From contig OY843751.1 in assembly GCA_963693055.1 (NCBI GenBank), positions 1,718,252 to 1,782,251 on the forward strand: 64,000 bases of DNA, written 5' to 3'. The notes beneath the pieces are model-generated. The model did not search any database, was not told the DNA's origin, and was given only the letters and a program-made list of their open reading frames with translations. Made by a program: the position numbers and the translations under genes. Origin of the DNA: a bacterium (lineage in GTDB: Bacteria; Zhuqueibacterota; Zhuqueibacteria; Residuimicrobiales; Krinioviventaceae). Of this stretch, positions 59,504 through 64,000 are shown piece after piece. The first letter of the stretch is position 1, and every line of letters begins with the position of its first letter.

Positions 59504-61373
59504 GCTTTTTGATTCTCCTGTTTCTCCGTTTCAGTTGCTCTTCAATTCTGCCAATGATACGCTGCGAATATTTACTGTATTCTTTGCCCATGCTTTCAGA
59601 CTCTTTTTCCAATCCTTTTTCTATTGTAGTTATAAAGTCTTCAATGCTTTTTGCGGAAACGGGTTTGGGCTTGTCGGCCCATTTAAAAAGCATTGCTTCT
59701 ATGGGTTCAAAATAATCCGGTTTTGGTAAAGTGTTACAAGATTTAAATGGATATGGATTTAATTCTTGCTGAAATCCCTTTAACGCCATGATTAAAGGCT
59801 GATAATCATATTCATAAAACAATCTGGAAAATTGGTATTCTACAACAGGAGTCCATTTGTTATCATCTGGTACTGTATGGTGTTTGTTTAATCGCGAAAA
59901 ATTGAGCCCGGTTTCTTCGTGATCAATTTCCCGTTGATGAATACGCATTTCCCTCAAAATACCATTCCTATCTTCACGCAAGTCACCACCAAGTAAAAGG
60001 AGACAGAGGAAATAATCCGGATTATCAATTTCTTTAAATTCTTGATTTGGAGGTAACTGTATACTGAGATGCAGGCTGTGCGGTTTGATGTCTAAGTATC
60101 TAACCGCCAAATCAATCATTTGGGAAAGTACCCAGGGGTCCTGGGTTGCGGGTTTGGATACATCTCCCAGTAATTTATACCTTCCAAAAGCTAGTTCAAG
60201 AAAGCCACGGGTTCTGACGTTTGATGATGTCAGGAATCCATGATCATCCACATGTGCACCAAGTTTCCACCCTCTGCGCATGATATCAAATTTATAGAAA
60301 TAATAAAAAGAGTCGTAAAGCGGATCTTCACCTTCTTTGGAATTTACAGCACGATAACCGATATTGGAAAATTCCAGTTCTGCTCCCAATGGTAGGGAGC
60401 CAATGTGACGATTCTTTTTAAGCCATTTTACTATTTCGTCTGCTTTGGTGGGGTCATACAATTCTTCTGCAATGATTATTGCGGCAGCAGCATAGTCTGT
60501 ATATAAAATATCAGGATTGTATCTGTCTACTTCCAGGTGAGAAATAGCACTGGATAAATGTTGCTTTTGATTGACCAGTAGCTTTAGCGCCATTGTAGCA
60601 GAAAGGGTGTGGATGTAAAACTCGTCTGCAACATTTACCTGGCCCCTGTAATCATTCCTGAATTTTTCTTCAAGTTGATTAAATATCATGAAATTGAGTG
60701 CAAGCTTCATGTAATTGTCTGCATACTTTATTGCTTTTCTGTCGGTCTTTAACCAATTCAAGCGGGGAATGCTAGCTTTTTCTATTTCATGTTTGATAAT
60801 AAATGCAGGAATACCTGTGTCTTGAAAATATTGGCGTAAAATGCTATGCACTTCTTCAGAAAGCAATTCTCTTGTTACTTTGAGCGGAAGAGATTCTCGA
60901 TCATAATTGAGCAGCATGTCTGCTTTTTGTTCAACATAGCGGTTTACATTGCTTTCAACAAATTCTTCAATACGGTCCCGTTCCTGGAATCCTTTGTCGA
61001 TATATGGCTTTATAGATCTGGGCTTGCCAATATATACAAAAGAATCAATTACTTTATCATTAACTTGAATTTGGGCAACTTTGCGTTTATACAAACTGCC
61101 TTCGGCCTCGTAAGCATCGAGTTTTTCTAGTATATCTGGTGTTACATTGTACAGAACCCTGCCCTCAATGCTGTATCCTTTCCAGGGAAGCGCAAAGGTA
61201 AAGCTGTTTTCCGGTTGAACACGACGGTGATTAATTAACAAACCTTTTTCACTCAACAGTTTGGTACCCGTCAGCAATTCCAGATAATAATCATTATTCA
61301 GAGAACCATAAACAAATACTTTGTCTATGGTTTTCCAATCAATCTTTTCTGTTTTCTTATCTTTTGCGCTCAC
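59481..61373 (-). CDS. Uncharacterised protein with N-terminal gamma-glutamyl cyclotransferase-like (AIG2/GGCT) domain and a C-terminal region of about 500 aa of unknown function
   Basis: 630 aa; VFVYGSLNNDYYL...EGRVL...LDAYEAEGSLYKR GGCT-like start; start codon overlaps the stop of the upstream HMGL-family gene by 4 bp. Confidence 0.55.
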   Translation of the reverse strand: MSAKDKKTEKIDWKTIDKVFVYGSLNNDYYLELLTGTKLLSEKGLLINHRRVQPENSFTFALPWKGYSIEGRVLYNVTPDILEKLDAYEAEGSLYKRKVAQIQVNDKVIDSFVYIGKPRSIKPYIDKGFQERDRIEEFVESNVNRYVEQKADMLLNYDRESLPLKVTRELLSEEVHSILRQYFQDTGIPAFIIKHEIEKASIPRLNWLKTDRKAIKYADNYMKLALNFMIFNQLEEKFRNDYRGQVNVADEFYIHTLSATMALKLLVNQKQHLSSAISHLEVDRYNPDILYTDYAAAAIIIAEELYDPTKADEIVKWLKKNRHIGSLPLGAELEFSNIGYRAVNSKEGEDPLYDSFYYFYKFDIMRRGWKLGAHVDDHGFLTSSNVRTRGFLELAFGRYKLLGDVSKPATQDPWVLSQMIDLAVRYLDIKPHSLHLSIQLPPNQEFKEIDNPDYFLCLLLLGGDLREDRNGILREMRIHQREIDHEETGLNFSRLNKHHTVPDDNKWTPVVEYQFSRLFYEYDYQPLIMALKGFQQELNPYPFKSCNTLPKPDYFEPIEAMLFKWADKPKPVSAKSIEDFITTIEKGLEKESESMGKEYSKYSQRIIGRIEEQLKRRNRRIKKHDTLHKQ

Positions 61374-62737
61374 TCTACCTTGTCTGCGAAATAGAGTTCA
61401 AACTGCTTCATCATTTCCTCAGGAGAAATTGAAGTTACCCGACCATTTTCATATTGCTCTTCAACCCATTCAAATATCTTTGCAACCTGAGGATTTCTCT
61501 TGTCTACAGGAGGTAAACCACGTTTTTTAAGTTCACGGTTTACCCAAAAACCTACGCCTGCTATTCCGGAACGATTGGTAAGATTTACACCAATTGGCCG
61601 ATTTAATACTTTATCCGTATCAAAAATGTTATAAATTTCTTCATTTTTAATCACACCATCGGCGTGAATTCCTGCCATTGTAACATTAAAGCGTTCACCT
61701 ACAAAGGGATAGTTGTTGGGTATTACAGTACCTATCTCTTTGAGGTATTCTGCAATTTCAGTGATAGCGGTAAGATCCATTCCGTTAGTGCCGCCTGTTA
61801 GAGAGGCATATTCTACTGCCAGTGCTTCTACCGGAGAGTTACCAGTCCTTTCACCGAATCCAAGAATTGTACCATTTACTCCTGAAACACCGGACAACCA
61901 TGCCGTGACTGAATTTGCATGAACTTTATGAAAGTCATTGTGTCCATGCCATTCGAGGTTCTCTGAGGTGATGCCTACTTCACGCTGTAAAAAGTATGCA
62001 ATCTTGCGAATAGAGCGCGGAAGTGCTACACCGGGATAGGGGAGTCCGTAACCCATTGTATCGCATAAGCGGATTTTTATCTTTAATCCCGACTTTGCTG
62101 AAAAGTTCATTAATTCTTCTGCAAAGGGAACAACCGTACCCCAGAAATCGGCACGGGTAATATCTTCAAAATGGCATCTGATGGCTTCCAGACCTGCATC
62201 AGCGGCTGCCTGAACAACACCCATAAAAGCATCCAATACCTGGCGACGTGTTTTTTTAAATTTCATAAAAATGTGATAATCGGATATAGATGTCAACATA
62301 CCGGTTTCTTTAATGCCCACACTTTTCACAAGTTCAAAATCAGCAGGATTAGCGCGAATCCACGAGGTAACCTGTGGAAATTCCAACCCTTTGTTGCGAA
62401 CTTCTTCAAGAATTTCTCTATCCATTTCCGAATAAATAAAGAACTCGGATTGTCGAATTACACCTTTGGGTCCCGAAAGTTTGCTGATAAGATCAAACAG
62501 CTTTGATACTTGCTCGGGTGTATAGGGGGGACGCGCCTGTTGTCCGTCTCTAAAAGTTGTGTCCGTAATCCAGATATCTTTAGCAGGCTTGGCGTCTACT
62601 ATTTCACCGTCAAATACGGTTTTGGGAATCTCGGAATAGGGAAATATATCACGCATCAAGTTTGGTTCTTGAACATCGATCAAAGGATGTTTTTGTTGTT
62701 TTGATAAAATTCTCCAGTCAGAATTCACTTCAGCCAT
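61370..62737 (-). CDS. HMGL-like (homocitrate/isopropylmalate synthase family) enzyme; Re-citrate synthase candidate
   Basis: 455 aa; ITDTTFRDGQQ, HGHNDFH and GFGERTGN motifs of the DRE-TIM metallolyase family; genomic context with aconitase and an IDH-family gene. Confidence 0.7.
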   Translation of the reverse strand: MAEVNSDWRILSKQQKHPLIDVQEPNLMRDIFPYSEIPKTVFDGEIVDAKPAKDIWITDTTFRDGQQARPPYTPEQVSKLFDLISKLSGPKGVIRQSEFFIYSEMDREILEEVRNKGLEFPQVTSWIRANPADFELVKSVGIKETGMLTSISDYHIFMKFKKTRRQVLDAFMGVVQAAADAGLEAIRCHFEDITRADFWGTVVPFAEELMNFSAKSGLKIKIRLCDTMGYGLPYPGVALPRSIRKIAYFLQREVGITSENLEWHGHNDFHKVHANSVTAWLSGVSGVNGTILGFGERTGNSPVEALAVEYASLTGGTNGMDLTAITEIAEYLKEIGTVIPNNYPFVGERFNVTMAGIHADGVIKNEEIYNIFDTDKVLNRPIGVNLTNRSGIAGVGFWVNRELKKRGLPPVDKRNPQVAKIFEWVEEQYENGRVTSISPEEMMKQFELYFADKVE

Positions 62738-62850
62738 GATCCCTCCTTGTTTGTATAGTTAAAAAATTTTTACTAAATATACGAAATCCCTATTATTGCC
62801 AGTGGATGGCAATTAAAGCCAGGGATTGTCAGAATTGTAAAATTTGAGAG

Positions 62851-63555
62851 TTACGGTTCTTGAACTTCGGTCAGATATTGTAACGCATCAATAATTTTGC
62901 TATTATTGGGGCTGAGTTCGAGACCATGTTTGTATGCGTTAATCGCTTCAGGAATACGTCTTAGACGGTAATAGACGTTTCCAAGATGATAGTAAACACG
63001 TGAATCTTCACTACCAATCTTTAATAACTCTTCAAGATGTTCCAAAGCGCAGTGGTAGCATTGTTCTTCAATGCAGGATAATGCAGCATGATAATGTGCC
63101 ATGGGTGAATCTGCTTTTTTCTCAAGCAATGTTTCAAAAGCCTTGCGGGCTTTGTGATATTTGCCAAGATGCCAGTATGTCATGCCCAACCAGTAATATG
63201 CCATTAGCATTTCAGGAGCTAATTCAATTACTTTTTTTAGAGCATTTTTTGCATCCCAGAGCTTTAGTTGGCGATAATGAGAAACACCTAGATAGTAATA
63301 TGCGTAGGGGAGTTCCGGATTAACTATAATGGCTTTTTCAAAGACTTCAATTGCGGATGAAATCTTGCCTCGTAAATAATAGCCATTTCCCAGCATTAAT
63401 AAAGATCGTATGTCTTGTTCATCAGTATTGACTGTTTGTTCAAGCTGTTTCATTAATTCATCCAACTGGGATGAATTCATCATGTCCATCGATTCCGGCA
63501 GATTAATATCAGATGTAGTCATATCGTTATGCTCCCATATATCTTTATAATCCAC
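62851..63555 (-). CDS. Tetratricopeptide repeat protein
   Basis: Several 34-residue TPR-like repeats (AxxYYxLGxxYxxxGxxxxA). Confidence 0.75.
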   Translation of the reverse strand: MDYKDIWEHNDMTTSDINLPESMDMMNSSQLDELMKQLEQTVNTDEQDIRSLLMLGNGYYLRGKISSAIEVFEKAIIVNPELPYAYYYLGVSHYRQLKLWDAKNALKKVIELAPEMLMAYYWLGMTYWHLGKYHKARKAFETLLEKKADSPMAHYHAALSCIEEQCYHCALEHLEELLKIGSEDSRVYYHLGNVYYRLRRIPEAINAYKHGLELSPNNSKIIDALQYLTEVQEP

Positions 63556-63705
63556 TGCTTAATATAATAATGTGTTTCTGAATTAATGTCAAGTACTATT
63601 TGTGTTGAAAACAAAATCGATAGTTTTATATTGATTTTTAACAGTCAAATGAATACATTTATTGCCAAAATAGTTTAATTTTTTTAAAAATTTACAGGAT
63701 TATTT

Positions 63706-64000
63706 ATGTTTTATAAAGCTAAATTGTATGTTGTTTTATTTGCGGGAATTCTCATGGTTGCAGGGTGTGCATCAACACCAAAGACCGTTGCAGTAGTACC
63801 AGATGAAAAAAAAACTAAAGTGGTAATGAATGAAGATTTCAATCCATTAACATTAAATGATTACTCTTTACCTGTTGAACAAAAGTCTTCCGTTACAACA
63901 TACAAGTTGGATCAATTTATGAAAGAGGATAAAGTAGACTCTACTAATTCCGACGAGATGGTTCCCGGGTATCGGGTTCAGTTAATATCAACCCGATATG
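63706..64000 (+). CDS. Lipoprotein, partial (3' end beyond window), possibly SPOR-domain
   Basis: ATG at 63706; signal peptide with lipobox (LMVAGCAS); runs to window edge. Confidence 0.45.
   Translation, partial: MFYKAKLYVVLFAGILMVAGCASTPKTVAVVPDEKKTKVVMNEDFNPLTLNDYSLPVEQKSSVTTYKLDQFMKEDKVDSTNSDEMVPGYRVQLISTRY

Noticed and set aside
59463-59729. Plus-strand ORFs overlapping the 59481-61373 gene
   Set aside because: They are antisense to a long, well-formed minus-strand ORF and have no independent signals.
1-64000. CRISPR arrays, tRNA or rRNA genes
   Set aside because: No regularly spaced direct repeats and no tRNA-like T-loop or rRNA-like conserved stretches were seen in any intergenic region on manual inspection.

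Overview
Low-GC bacterial chromosomal segment, probably from an FCB-group (Bacteroidota-like) anaerobe, judged from a T9SS-type C-terminal sorting domain and HisKA_2-type kinases. The most unusual signal is at 8.1-13.1 kb: a GH29 alpha-L-fucosidase gene and an SGNH hydrolase gene are each interrupted only by in-frame stop codons (7 in total, no frameshifts), flanking an intact T9SS cargo gene and lying next to an AT-rich orphan gene and an IS256-family element with recognisable terminal inverted repeats. Other content, in order: partial nfo; a giant multi-PAS histidine kinase with a single-domain response regulator; tryptophanase followed by a Mut7-C RNase-domain protein; a pectin/hexuronate set (uxaA, AraC regulator, two GH28 enzymes, a CBM9/PKD protein, a GH-A clan hydrolase); a flavodoxin-ferredoxin/HxlR/PNPOx/NudC operon; a PabB-PabC fusion; a PAS kinase; a ROK kinase; a compact dcw division cluster (mraZ-rsmH-ftsL-ftsI-murF-mraY-ftsW-murG-ftsQ-ftsA-small ORF-ftsZ) lacking murE/murD/murC/murB/ddl; rpmB; and a minus-strand metabolic block (Ldh_2, aconitase, lutCBA, isocitrate dehydrogenase-family gene, two uncharacterised genes, and an HMGL-family synthase that is a Re-citrate synthase candidate). 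No CRISPR array, tRNA or rRNA was seen. All calls rest on reading the translations and the DNA by eye; no database search was run, and coordinates of small DNA motifs may be off by 1-2 nt.
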